A stretch of 64,000 nt of DNA, taken from assembly GCF_009914755.1 (NCBI RefSeq), contig NC_060940.1; one strand, written 5' to 3'. This stretch comes from the human T2T-CHM13v2.0 reference genome, Homo sapiens. This document shows positions 42,201 to 58,287 of this stretch, in pieces (within the stretch, counting starts at the first letter, position 1; the number at the start of each line of letters is the position of its first letter). Below the pieces are notes generated by a model that made no database searches, was not told the origin of the DNA, and saw nothing but the letters and a program-made list of their open reading frames with translations. The position numbers and the translations under genes were made by a program.

Positions 42201-42729
42201 ACAGTATCAGCACAATCCTAATAAAAAAGCATTATTCATGAGATGAGGTATAGCACCTCTGCAAATCAATGATATGAACATTTTTTGGTAGGATTGGCTT
42301 AATTTTCATGATAATTTATTGTAACCTGCCCTACACTGAACATGTAAACTGCTGAACATCTAAACCTGGGACTTATAAATTGTTTCCATTTGTTTCTCTA
42401 TTTATTAAACCTTACTTCAATCTGGGGGATATGGATTCTCTTTCATTTTGAACATGTCTCAATCTAGCTCAGGGCCTTCATGTGAGAATTTCTTTTGCCA
42501 CAAGAATTTATCTAAATGCTCATTGCTATTTGTAATGTATACAATTTTGTAAACATATCTAGATAAGCCATATGTTTTCATTTCTATATCTTCAAAGCTA
42601 GAATGAACACTGTTATCACTTAGAATGCATAAAATGCTGCACATCATTCATTGTTTACTCCAACCTTATGTATCATTATTCAAATTGAACTAATGAAGGC
42701 ACAGGCTCAGAGAAAATAATCACAGTCAT

Positions 42730-42975
42730 CATTATAGGAATAACAGCTACTGTTTACGGAATGATTAGTACATATCATTCACTCTTCTGGGTACTTCATA
42801 AATATCATCTCACTTCATGCTTACTACAATCATATCAGGCAAATGTTATTATATCTATTTTATAGATGCGAGTGCTGAGTATGTAACTTGTGCAGGGATG
42901 TAGAGCTAGCAAACAGTGGAGGGCAGCATGCAACCCAAGTTTCTCTAGCTCCAAAAGCCATACCTTTTCCAGTAC
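42730..42975 (-). mobile_element. MIR
   Basis: ATAACAGCTACTGTTTA...ATCATCTCAC...TATTTTATAGATG...GTAACTTG...CTCCAAAAGCC. Confidence 0.7.
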
Positions 42976-44464
42976 AAAATAGTACCTTCCTGATGCTGCA
43001 AGAACAAAGGGACGGATGACATGATTGCATGTGTCTTTATATCAATGCCAGTTCTCACATATATAAAGTACAGGGACAATACTCCATCCTCTATAAAGTA
43101 ATTATGCTAAGTCTTCAACGTCAAGAGTACAAAGTGTGGGGGGCTGGTTGGACAACACTATCATGCCTCTATCTTCATAGATTTATCATTGACTTGTAAT
43201 CATGTTCTGGTTGTTGCTATCATGACCTATTATGTCTGGGAGATTCTGTGTTTCCGTTTTTCTCTTTCTCTCTCATCTTTTCTTGTCTCTGACCCAGACC
43301 TTTCTACTCAGACAGGTTACATGTGATAGATCAGAGCATAAAGGTAAAATCTGAAACATACAGGATAATAAAAGAATGATGGACAGCTTTTAGCCAAGGT
43401 TCTGTTCTGTCCTCTCAGTTATAGATAATGACTTTGCCTGAGAAAAACAATAAGAGAGTCCCTCTTCAACCAAACACACAGAAAAAAGGAGGTTTGTTTT
43501 TTTTTTTTTGTATTTTTTTCAGTCTGCAGTCACAACTTAGTGAGTGGACTAGTTTCTATGTAGTGTAATTATTACCAAAGATGATTTTACTCTTCAGTTA
43601 TTTTCTTTCCTTTTTCATTATATTTCATCTTATGAGACTTAAATTCAATAAATTAATGGAAAATCTCTTACCACCAACTTTCTATTAAACACCCAGCTAA
43701 TAGTAACTACAACATCCAGGAAAATCATCAAGTAATAAAAACAATGTTTTCATTAGCGCATGTAATAAATATTGGAATATAGGAACAATGAATGGATGAA
43801 TAAAGGAAAGAATGCATTGATGGCTAAATGGATGAATAGCAACTTACTTGGCAGTCAGAAATACTGAGGAAGTCACTGCTGCTGAATTGAAACTCATTCC
43901 TGACACGTATGCACCCTATCCAACCACCTGGGTCACATCTCTGTGCCAAGAGCCAGCCACAGGTGGTGCTGGCTTTCTTGTATCATCTTTCTAAATGCTT
44001 CCTCATCTGCCATCGCCTGTGCTTGCTCCTGGTATGAGCAGTCTCACCCTCTGGCTGTGATCATTTGCTTCTGGACATGCTGTTTTTCTGCTTGTCAAGT
44101 AGACCGACATTACTATGCTTGCATAAAATGAAAAATCAGCACTTTGAGAAGCCATTTTTTGCCCCTAAAATGAGTTTATTACGGGTTTATTTTTCATTGC
44201 CTATCAAACAGATGTTGCCTGCTCTCGGAGGAATTTTCTGCGCTTCCCAGTCACTCTGGCTGGGTGGGTTGCCAGATGCTCCAGCACTCTGCAGAGCTGC
44301 TCACGAATGCCAGGGAGGTGAGCAGATCTGCCTCAGCCATGAGAATGGAAATCAAAGTGTTGCTGTGCATGGTGGGACAGGGGGTGGCTGCTGCTTCAAA
44401 ATGGGAAAATGCAAACAAGTATGGAACAGATGCAGACAAGTTCCAACTGCTGTGGAAGCAGCCT

Positions 44465-44660
44465 GATTCAGTAGAAAGAGCATCAGATTTGGAATCAGAC
44501 CGAGCTGGGTTGAAATCCCAAATTTGCCACTTTCAGGCTCTGTGAATTGAACTCTTTGCCTCAACTCTAAATCGTAGATTTTAACACTCATATTATAGAG
44601 TTGCTATACGGACTAAATATGTCCCTAGCGTATAATAGATGATCAGTAAATAGTAGCTGA
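44465..44660 (+). mobile_element. MIR
   Basis: GTAGAAAGAGCATCAGATTTGGAATCAGACCGAGCTGGGTTGAAATCCCA. Confidence 0.7.
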
Positions 44661-44743
44661 TCCACTACTTTCTTAACCAATGTTAAGCTGAATGATTGGA
44701 GGAAGCCATTTTATAATCACGTTTGTTAATAATATATCTCAGA

Positions 44744-44842
44744 TATATCTATCATCTATCTATCTATGTATCAATCTGTGTATCTATCTAACCTGTCTAT
44801 CTACCTACAGATCTGTATCTACCTACATACCTACCTATCTGT
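44744..44842. repeat. (TCTA/CCTA)n degenerate microsatellite
   Basis: Direct reading. Confidence 0.85.
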
Positions 44843-45524
44843 AAAATTCCATAGTTATTTAAAACGGTTAAATTTTATGTATGCACCATAATTAATATCA
44901 ATTTTCAATTAATCAATTAGGTTTTCGGTTTTTTTTAAACATTGTTAGAGTGAACATTTTCTCACACACGCATGCTCACATATCCTGGTGTATTTATCTA
45001 ATAACTACTTTAGGAGAAATGTTTAAAACTGGATTTGCTCACTCCAAAATTTGTAACTTTACACTGTGTTTCATATAGCCATTTATTTTTCTAAAATATG
45101 TATTCATTTGCATTCTCACCAACCATATCTGAAAACTATTTTCCCGCATTCTAGTAACCACTGGATATTGACAATAATTTTAAATACATCTCCACATAAT
45201 TTTATTAGGTGCAAGAATAAATACCTTTCATGTACTCATTGGTGGTTTATCTCATTTCCTTTGTGAATTGCCTCCAAAAAAGTTTGCAAGTGCAACACCT
45301 TTTCTTTTGGTTTACAAAGGGTGAAGAGGTTTCAGAACTAAGTAGGGAAGATGACAGCTGTGGCAGAGAAAAGTTACTGCCCACCAAAAAACTATGTGAA
45401 ACTATGTTTCCCCACCTCCCTTGTAACTTCATGGACTTTGAATGAGAAATAATCACACTGTGTTAAGCAACTGAGATAAGTGGCAGCTAGAATTAATTAT
45501 CCTCATTTAAACCAGTGTCAAAGT

Positions 45525-45753
45525 GAAGCTGCTTAAGCCATGATTTAATGATAATAAGAGATTATCTTAGCTTAACCAAAGGTAAAATCATGGTGTGCAT
45601 ACAGGTATTTATGCACATGTACATAGTACGTGGTATGCAATGTAAAACATAAATTATTTATTTTGAAATTTCAGTTTAACATTTTCGGTCTATGGTTGAA
45701 TGCAGGTAACTGATACTGCTCAAAGCAAAACTGCAGATAAGGGGGGACTACTG
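45525..45753. mobile_element. Tigger2/MER8-type TcMar-Tigger terminus
   Basis: GCAGGTAACTGA...AAAACTGCAGATAAGGGGGGACTACTG followed by TA. Confidence 0.7.
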
Positions 45754-45773
45754 TATGAAAAATTGTTTCACTT

Positions 45774-46111
<338 letters not shown>

Positions 46112-46134
46112 CTAAGAAGTAAAAGAAAGCCTCA

Positions 46135-47037
46135 GAGGAGCCAAGATGGCCAAATAGGAACAGCTCCGGTCTACAGCTCCCAGCGTGAGCGACGCAGAAG
46201 ACGGGTGATTTCTGCATTTCCATCTGAGGTACCCGGTTCATCTCACTAGGGAGTGCCAGACAGTGGGCGCAGGTCAGTGGGTGAGTGCACCGTGCGCGAG
46301 CAGAAGCAGGGCGAGGCATTGCCTCACTTGGGAAGCGCCACGGGTCAGGGAGTTCCCTTTCTGAGTCAAAGAAAGGGGTGACGGACGGCACCTGGAAAAT
46401 CGGGTTACTCCCACCCGAATACTGCGCTTTTCCAACGGGCTTAAAAAACGGCGCACCAGGAGATTATATCCGGCACCTGGCTCGCAGGGTCCTACGCCCA
46501 CAGAGTCTCGCTGGTTGCTAGCACAGCAGTCTGAGATCAAACTGCAAGGAGGCTGCGAGGCTGGGGGAGGGGCGCCCGCCATTGCCCAGGCTTGATTAGG
46601 TAAACAAAGCAGCCGGGAAGCTCCAACTGGGTGGAGCCCACCACAGCTCAAGGAAGCCTGCCTGCCTCTGTAGGCTCCACCTCTGGGGGCAGGGCACAGA
46701 CAAACAAAAAGACAGCAGTAACCTCTGCAGACTTAAATATCCCTGTCTGACAGCTTTGAAGAGAGCAGTGGTTCTCCCAGCACACAGCTGGAGATCTGAG
46801 AACGGGCAGACTGCCTCCTCAAGTGGGTCCCTGACCCCTGAGCCCCGAGCAGCGTAACTGGGAGGCACCCCCCAGCAGGGGCACACTGACACCTCACACG
46901 GCAGGGTATTCCAACAGACCTGCAGCTGAGGGTCCTCTCTGTTAGAAGGAAAACTAACAAACAGAAAGGACATCCACACCAAAAACCCATCTGTACATCA
47001 CCATCATCAAAGACCAAAAGTAGATAAAACCACAAAG
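46135..47037 (+). promoter_or_regulatory. L1 5'UTR internal sense/antisense Pol II promoter (CpG-rich)
   Basis: YY1 site CAAGATGGC at ~46142; RUNX3-region TGCATTTCCATCTGAGGTA; SOX sites AAACAAA at ~46602 and ~46702; local CpG enrichment. Confidence 0.9.
46274..46582 (-). CDS. ORF0: L1 antisense ORF0, C-terminally extended (102 aa)
   Basis: MAGAPPPASQPPCSLISDCCASNQRDSVGVGP... starts at ATG 46582, within the track ORF 46274-46651. Confidence 0.65.
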   Translation of the reverse strand: MAGAPPPASQPPCSLISDCCASNQRDSVGVGPCEPGAGYNLLVRRFLSPLEKRSIRVGVTRFSRCRPSPLSLTQKGNSLTRGASQVRQCLALLLLAHGALTH

Positions 47038-48054
47038 ATGGGGAAAAAACAGAATAGAAAAACTGGAAACTCTAAAAAGCAGAGCACCTCTCCTCCTCCA
47101 AAGGAACGCAGTTCCTCACCAGCAACGGAACAAAACTGGATGGAGAATGACTTTGACGAGCTGAGAGAAGAAGGCTTCAGACGATCAAATTACTCTGAGC
47201 TACGGGAGGACATTGAAACCAAAGGCAAAGAAGTTGAAAACTTTGAAAAAAATTTAGAAGAATGTATAACTAGAATAACCAATACAGAGAAGTGCTTAAA
47301 GGAGCTGATGGAGCTGAAAACCAAGGCTCGAGAACTACGTGAAGAATGCAGAAGCCTCAGGAGCCGATGCGATCAACTGGAAGAAAGGGTATCAGCAACG
47401 GAAGATGAAATGAATGAAATGAAGCGAGAAGGGAAGGTTAGAGAAAAAAGAATAAAAAGAAATGAGCAAAGCCTCCAAGAAATATGGGACTATGTGAAAA
47501 GACCAAATCTACGTCTGATTGGTGTACCTGAAAGTGATGGGGAGAATGGAACCAAGTTGGAAAACACTCTGCAGGATATTATCCAGGAGAACGTCCCCAA
47601 TCTAGCAAGGCAGGCCAACGTTCAGATTCAGGAAATACAGAGAACGCCACAAAGATACTCCTTGAGAAGAGCAACTCCAAGACACATAATTGTCAGATTC
47701 ACCAAAGTTGAAATGAAGGAAAAAATGTTAAGGGCAGCCAGAGAGGAAGGTCGGGTTACCCTCAAAGGGAAGCCCATCAGACTAACAGTGGATCTCTTGG
47801 CAGAAACCCTACAAGCCAGAAGAGAGTGGGGGCCAATATTCAACATTCTTAAAGAAAAGAATTTTCAACCCAGAATTTCATATCCAGCCAAACTAAGCTT
47901 CACAAGTGAAGGAGAAATAAAATACTTTACAGACAAGCAAATGCTGAGAGATTTTGTCACCACCAGGCCTGCCTTACAAGAGCTCCTGAAGGAAGCACTA
48001 AACATGGAAAGGAACAACCGGTACCAGCTGCTGCAAAATCATGCCAAAATGTAA
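47038..48054 (+). CDS. ORF1: L1 ORF1p RNA-binding/chaperone protein (338 aa)
   Basis: Uninterrupted MGKKQNRK...NHAKM; ARR and YPAKLS intact; REKG is REEG. Confidence 0.97.
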   Translation: MGKKQNRKTGNSKKQSTSPPPKERSSSPATEQNWMENDFDELREEGFRRSNYSELREDIETKGKEVENFEKNLEECITRITNTEKCLKELMELKTKARELREECRSLRSRCDQLEERVSATEDEMNEMKREGKVREKRIKRNEQSLQEIWDYVKRPNLRLIGVPESDGENGTKLENTLQDIIQENVPNLARQANVQIQEIQRTPQRYSLRRATPRHIIVRFTKVEMKEKMLRAAREEGRVTLKGKPIRLTVDLLAETLQARREWGPIFNILKEKNFQPRISYPAKLSFTSEGEIKYFTDKQMLRDFVTTRPALQELLKEALNMERNNRYQLLQNHAKM

Positions 48055-48102
48055 AGATCATCCAGACTAGGAAGAAACTGCATCAACTAACGAGCAAAAT
48101 AA

Positions 48103-51945
<3,843 letters not shown>

Positions 51946-52249
51946 ACAATGAGATCACATGGACACAGGAAGGGGAATATCACACTCTGGAGACTGTTGT
52001 GGGGTGTGGGGAGGGGGGAGGGATAGCATCGGGAGATATACCTAATGCTAGATGACGAGTTAGTGGGTGCAGCACACCAGCATGGCACATGTATACATAT
52101 GTAACTAACCTGCACAATGTGCACATGTACCCTAAAACTTAAAGTATAATAAAAAAAAAGAAAGCCTCATGCTTCACAGCTTATTGCTTCTTCGATATTA
52201 TTAACTTATGAAATCAAAGAAGAACCTTAGCTATGATTCCTAATTATGA

Positions 52250-52715
52250 TATTATTATTAATAATAACCAATGTACTTATCCCTTACTACTTATTCTCAG
52301 TACTTTACATATGTTCCTTATTTCATCCTCGAAGGTGTGCCCTATGAGGTAGGAACTCTTATAAATTTTTTAAAAGTATGACAGGTACGTATTAGAGAGG
52401 TTCTATTTTTGAAGCCAGAATTTAAACACAGGCAATCTGGTTTCAGGGTTGAGGCTTGCTACTTCCTGAGAGAGAGCTTATGTATTGCTTGGAAACACTT
52501 CTGTGTCTTTACTCTTTTAGAGGCAATCTAGTCTCCTTCTGGATGTGATGTATTTACCAGATTACTTTTTTCTTCAGTTTCCTCACCTTTAAATTTAGAC
52601 AATAACAGTTACCATTACAGCAGATCATATAGGTAAAATACTTAGTACATGTCCTAGCACAAATAAAGTGTTTGAGAAATGATAACAATCATTATTATTA
52701 CTTTTATTATTGTTA
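52250..52715. mobile_element. Two MIR remnants in opposite orientations
   Basis: CCCTATGAGGTAGG...GAAGCCAGAATTTAAACACAGGCAATCTGG, and CTTCAGTTTCCTCACCTTTAAA...ACTTAGTACATGTCCTAGCACA. Confidence 0.6.
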
Positions 52716-55542
52716 TCATGATAAGATAGTTTGGAAATAATAAAGCTGATGTATAACCAGTCTGACTTTATTAGGAGGGATTTTAGAACTGAGAGTCTTT
52801 CCAATCATTGTAAAAGAGGAAGTAATGTTCTTAGAGATCATAATAGAGGTTAAAATTAGATAATACAGAGGTACTATCTATTATTCTAGATAAAGTTAAA
52901 GGCAGTCATAGAACTTGTCCATATAGAAGCCATGCAGCATAGGGGAAGGTTTTCAGGTGTGTTGTCTTTGGGTAGAATAACCTCGCCAAAAGAAGGTCAG
53001 GTCTACAGAAATTCAGTCAGTGCCTTAAAGGAGGAGGATATTTTGCTGGCATTCACGTATTGATGCAAATGAATACTCAGAGTCTACTAAAGTTGGTGTG
53101 GTATGTGGATACAGCAAAGAAAGTAATGAGTAAGTGTTCTTGTCTCCTCCAGGTATACAGATTTGAGAAGCTACTAAACCATAGAAATTACATCATTAGA
53201 GATAGCATAGACTTTTTATCTTTACCAACTTCCTGCTACCACATTAAGTAGAAGTGGTAACATCTGCTCTCCATGCAGGTAGCTAGCACTTCCCATGTAG
53301 GGCAATTGGATCCCCACCAAGTGAACAACTCAGCTGTCTGGTATCTCTCTTAAGTGCATCTTTATTAAAATCTTGAGCTGTAAAAATAAATTTGCTTATT
53401 TTCCATTCACTACAGGTAGGACTTATGTCTTTTATTTTTCGGGCATAACATGGATTAATAAATATGTAGTATTTCCATGTCATTATTTCATTGATTTTTT
53501 TTCTTTATATGGTGGAAAAAACTTTATTGAAATTTTTCTGGTCAACAGAGGTCCATAAAATATATTTAATATAATCATAGATTCAATATTATTTCATAAG
53601 AACATAATTTTATAGAAAATGTATTGTATGTCTAATATAATGTTCATGACCTCATATATTTATTGATATATAATGTCCATAGGTTAACATTTTTCCTCAT
53701 AGAAATGAAGGGTAAATCAGTTTGTCCAAAGTAACACAGCTGATTTGTCATTGTCCTTTTTTGTTTCAATGTGCCCTCTATTCAATATATTTGTGAGTAG
53801 TTTCAGAAATAAGCCTAAGTGTTATTTGTTCCTTTGGAAGGTAGTTTACCAGATGTTTGTTTTAAGGATTTCAGATGTACAAGTCTTAAATTGTACACAG
53901 GGCTGTATCTAGAGCTTGTATGGGAGATGGGGTCTTCATATGCTTTTTTTTTTTAATTTTATTTTCATTGTCCTTGTTTGGATTCTTATTATCTCTACCC
54001 TGAAGTCCTTCCAGCAGGACAGAAATATTCTAATTTTAACATCTGATGGAGTGAGAACTGCTGGTTCTAAGAAGCCTAAAATTTTCTTCCAAAGGAAAGA
54101 AATGCTGTTTTGGGGAGTTTGTGTTTTAGAGTGAATCCAGGAAGTTGGAGGACCTGGCATTATCTAAGAAATTACATTCATACAACGTTCCAATTGGCTT
54201 TCTCGTCTCATCTCAATGGCCTTCCCACAAGGTACACAATGGCTAAATTAAATCTGGTAAAGCATGAGTCTTGGCTCTTGATAGAATAATTTTGGCTACA
54301 GTATAAATTTCAGCCACCTAAGGCTCATTTTAAAGCCATTCATTATCTAAATTTCTAATCCTATCTCCGTTATTTTCCTAAATACTGTATATTTAGAAAA
54401 CTTGACTATGTTCACTCCTATGTCCATATCCAAAATTACCTTTTACTCATAGATACTTCATGCTTTCATTATATTAATCAGTTTATACTTTACATTTTTG
54501 CAAATTTTAATTGTAGCTTGTCTTCCCCTCTCACATCAAAGCCTGTGGCCATGGGTTATCTCTTTTCATCTGCATGATTACCATGCACTAGTAGAGGGCA
54601 AGCAGCTGACTGATTTTGGGTATGACTCACATATGAATTAGATTTTAAGCCTCAAAAACACCTATGATGTAGTCACTAGCTCTATTTTATAGTAAGAACA
54701 TGGAGTCTCTGAGTGTTTAGTTAGGCTCAGAAATTGATTACATATAACCCACTCCTTTGGAAGGTAGTTTATTACATGTTTGTTTTAAAGAATACAGATA
54801 TACAAGTCTTAATATTTACACAGGGCCCAATCCTAACATAATCTGAATATTATGTCACAGTGCCAGTCATAGTCACTTGGATACAGTAGGTGATCAACTA
54901 AAATGTATTTATTCGTGAAAGAATGGGATTAATATAATAGTATACTGTTTATTTCTCACTAATAATTGCCTCATAACTTTCAAGTATAAAATTTGTCCAA
55001 AATATACCAATTTCAGAGAAGAAAAAGGCTATTCCCAGTATTTCATAATTTATGAATTATGTTTATGTCAATATAACTTTTTCCACCACCGAGCCAACTT
55101 GCTGTTACAAAGAAAAGGCACGTAATAAAATCAGACTTCTTCTAAAGTGAGGCTGCCTCCCTAATTGCAAATGTAAATGTTGCCAGGTGTTCAGCTCCCT
55201 TGTCCTAATAAATAAATAATTAGAAAACATGATTAATATGAAGCCTTGCTGCCTAGCTGTGTAGAGTGTTCTTAGAGAGCAATGTTGGGAATTGGACTTG
55301 GAGGGAAGAGTATATGCTTGATGGGATGCTTCCAAGTCATCCTGGCAAGAAAGCATCACATGAGTATGCACACTATGAGTGCCCTACTTGGGGCCAGAAC
55401 AGAATTATAGACTTGGGAGAAGCAAACAAAGTCCCCCTTGGCTGCTAGAGATGGGAGTTAGATGAAGCATCATCTGAAATCAAGATACTTTGATTCAGTT
55501 GTGTTCTGAGTCAGACCATATTTTTTTTACCCAAATCTATCA

Positions 55543-55649
55543 TTTTCTTTTTTTAAAATTTAATTTAATTTTTTATTACACTTTAAGTTCTAGGGTACAT
55601 GTGCACAACGTGCAGGTTTGTTACATATGTATACATGTGTCATGCTGGT
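55543..55649 (-). mobile_element. Severely 5'-truncated L1PA 3' end (~100 bp)
   Basis: TTATTACACTTTAAGTTCTAGGGTACATGTGCACAACGTGCAGGTTTGTTACATATGTATACATGTG. Confidence 0.9.
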
Positions 55650-55769
55650 TAACTAGCTTTTCTTATCTTTCATTTCATCAGTTTTCTAATCACTATAATA
55701 ACACCTGTTTCAATTGTAAACATTGAATTAGTTTGTGAACATGCAAATGCCTAGAACAAAAGTCTTTTT

Positions 55770-56040
55770 CTTTTTCTTTTTTTTCTCCATTGCACTTTTA
55801 TTTGAATGTAATATTTGGGACAATTATTCAAAAGGGCCAATATTTCCCAATTTAATCTGAGGTCATAATAAAACAAGCAACAAAACAGTTTTTGGGATTT
55901 CAGTTTCTCACCCTTATCATCAAGACTCACTGCCTCCCATCATTAATATTTACTGAGCATTTATAGTGTACTAGGCACAACAGAACATACAGAAAACATT
56001 ATCTCAGTGTCTAAGGCACCCTGCTTCCTTTGCTTGCATC
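55770..56040 (-). pseudogene. Orphan retrocopy of an mRNA 3' end (or orphan 3' transduction)
   Basis: ~20-bp TSD CCTA(G/A)AACAAAAGTCTTTTT (55750-55769 and 56041-56060); interrupted poly(A) on the minus strand preceded by AATAAA; no Alu/L1 body. Confidence 0.85.
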
Positions 56041-56597
56041 CCTAAAACAAAAGTCTTTTTCAAATAATAGTTATTAGCCCTTATTTTCTTCATCTGCAAA
56101 ATGGAAATCATGTTTAGAAAACAATGCATATTATATTTCCTCATTGGAAAAGTATAATGCTCATCAGCATATCAAAATCTCTTAAGCATTTCTACAATAA
56201 AGAAGCCTACATAATTTTAACTCAGTAATCCACATACTTATGCAACCACAATAATGTAACCATTCACTTTGCTAAATACATTTTGGAAAATATAGTCTTA
56301 TCTTAGGAAATATTGTGATGAATAATTAAGATATTATACCTGTAAATAAACAATATGAGCATCTATCCTCTTCTGCTGATCCAGAAATATGGGGAAACAA
56401 ATCAGCATGTTTAGAGAACAACAACAACAAAAAGCTATCAATACAGAATTCTGAAAACTCACATTGGGTTGAATACTTGTTGCACCCAGAATCCTCTATT
56501 TAGGGTCCATGGTTTTGTGTAGGATTGTGACTTTTTAGAATGAGAAGATATTTTCAAATTGAAATCCAAAGTGACAAGGGATTTTATCAATGGAGCA

Positions 56598-56960
56598 CCA
56601 TGAAAGATTGTTTTTTTACAAATGGCCAAATATTTCTTCCTGTCCCTTGCAGCATTGCTGTTCCTTTCATGTGGAGTTAGAATCTATTTCTCTAACTTCT
56701 GAATTTGTTCTTTGCTGTGTGACTTGCACTGGCCAAAGGAGTATTTACAAATAAAATGCAAGCAAAAACTTCCAAAATGTTGGTTTATTGGAACTTCTCC
56801 TCTCTCTGGCTTTTGTATGGAAATCCTCTGCAACTGTGTTCACAAGCCCAGGCTGACTTGCTGCCGGAGAAGAAATTATGCAAAGACAGGCTGCAGCCAT
56901 CCCAATCATCCCAAGAGTGGTTCCAGCACAGGATAAATAAGCAAGTCAAACCCCAGCAAA
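56598..56960 (+). mobile_element. MLT1 (H-like) LTR remnant
   Basis: ACAAATGGCCA...GAATCTATTTCTC...GTGACTTGCACTGGCCAA...CAAGCCCAGGCT. Confidence 0.6.
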
Positions 56961-57009
56961 GCCATAATAGACCTTTCAAAGTTTCCTCAGGTCTCTTTCC
57001 CACCATTAT

Positions 57010-58287
57010 TTGTGATCAGAAAACTTACAAAATATGTACCCACTTATTCCATTTTTAAACACAGCATATTGTATTGTTAAATTTAAGAACTATTGTGTAC
57101 AATAAATCTATAGAACTTATTCATCTAGTATAACTGAAAGTTTACATCCATTGAAAAACCCTTCATTGCCTCCAGCCCTCAGCACCTGGCAATCGCTATT
57201 GAATTTTCTGTTGTAGTTTTTTTTCTTTTTTTCTGAAATTGTAGGAGTTTCTTATGTATTTTGAAAATTAACCCCTTATCGAACATATGGCTTGCAAATA
57301 TTTTCTTCCACTCCACAGATTGACTTTTCATTTTGTTAATTGTTTCCTTTGCTGTTCAGAAGCTTTTTAGTTTGATGAGTCCCACTTATCTACTTTTGCT
57401 TTTGTTGCCTGTGCTTTTGGTGTCATATCCAATAAGTAATTGCCAATATGATTCTATACACTAAAAACGCCCATCTAAAAATAAAATTTAGAAAACAATC
57501 CCATTACAAGAGCATCAATAAAACCCTGAAATATTTAGGAATAAACTTAACCAATAAGGTAAAAAAAATTGTACACTTAAAACTACAAAACATTGATGAA
57601 AGAAATTAAAGACACATGGAAAGATATCCTAGGTTCATAAATTAAAACACTTAGCATTTTTCAAGTGACTATTTCAACTAAAACAATCTAAGCTATCCCC
57701 TTTAAAATCCCAATGGATTTTGTTTTACAGATAAAAAAAAATCTTAACATTTATATGGCATCCCAAAAGACATAGAATAGTTAAAGCAATCTTGAAAGAG
57801 AACAAAGCTTGAGGCACAGCATTCTTGATTTTAAAATATACTGCAAAGCTATAGTAATCAAAAGATTACTGGTTTAAAACAGTATGGTACTAACATAAAG
57901 ACAGACATATAGGTCACTGAAACAAAATATAGACCCCAGAAACAAATCTACACATCTATGGTGAGCAGATCTCCAAAAAGGGTGACAATGGGGAAAGGTT
58001 AATTTCTTCTTCATGTGTTTAAAAAAAAGAATATCCGCATGGAAAGGAAGGAAGGAAGGAAGGAGAAAGAGAGAAAAGAGGGAAGGGAAGGGAAGGGGAG
58101 GGGAGGGGAGGGGAGGAGAGGGAAAAGGAAAGGAAAGGAAAGGAAGGAAAGGGAAGGAAAGGAAAGGAAGAAAGAAAATTGGGCCTCGGCTTTGCACCAT
58201 ACACACAATAAACTCAAAATAGAATCAGGACCTAAACGTAAGTCCTGAAACCATAAAACTCCTAGAGTAAAACATTGGAATAGCTTT
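57010..58287. mobile_element. Old L1MA/MB with 5' inversion (3' part on -, upstream ORF2 part on +)
   Basis: Antisense L1 to ...GGTGTCATATCCAATAAGTAATTGCCA (~57446), then sense ORF2 from TTCTATACAC to CCATAAAACTCCTAGAG. Confidence 0.8.
58041..58178. repeat. Polypurine (GGAA/GGGAA/GGGGA)n tract
   Basis: About 138 nt of purines only. Confidence 0.95.

Noticed and set aside
41085-43341. Repeated 14-mer GATCAGAGCATAAA
   Set aside because: No flanking similarity; likely chance.
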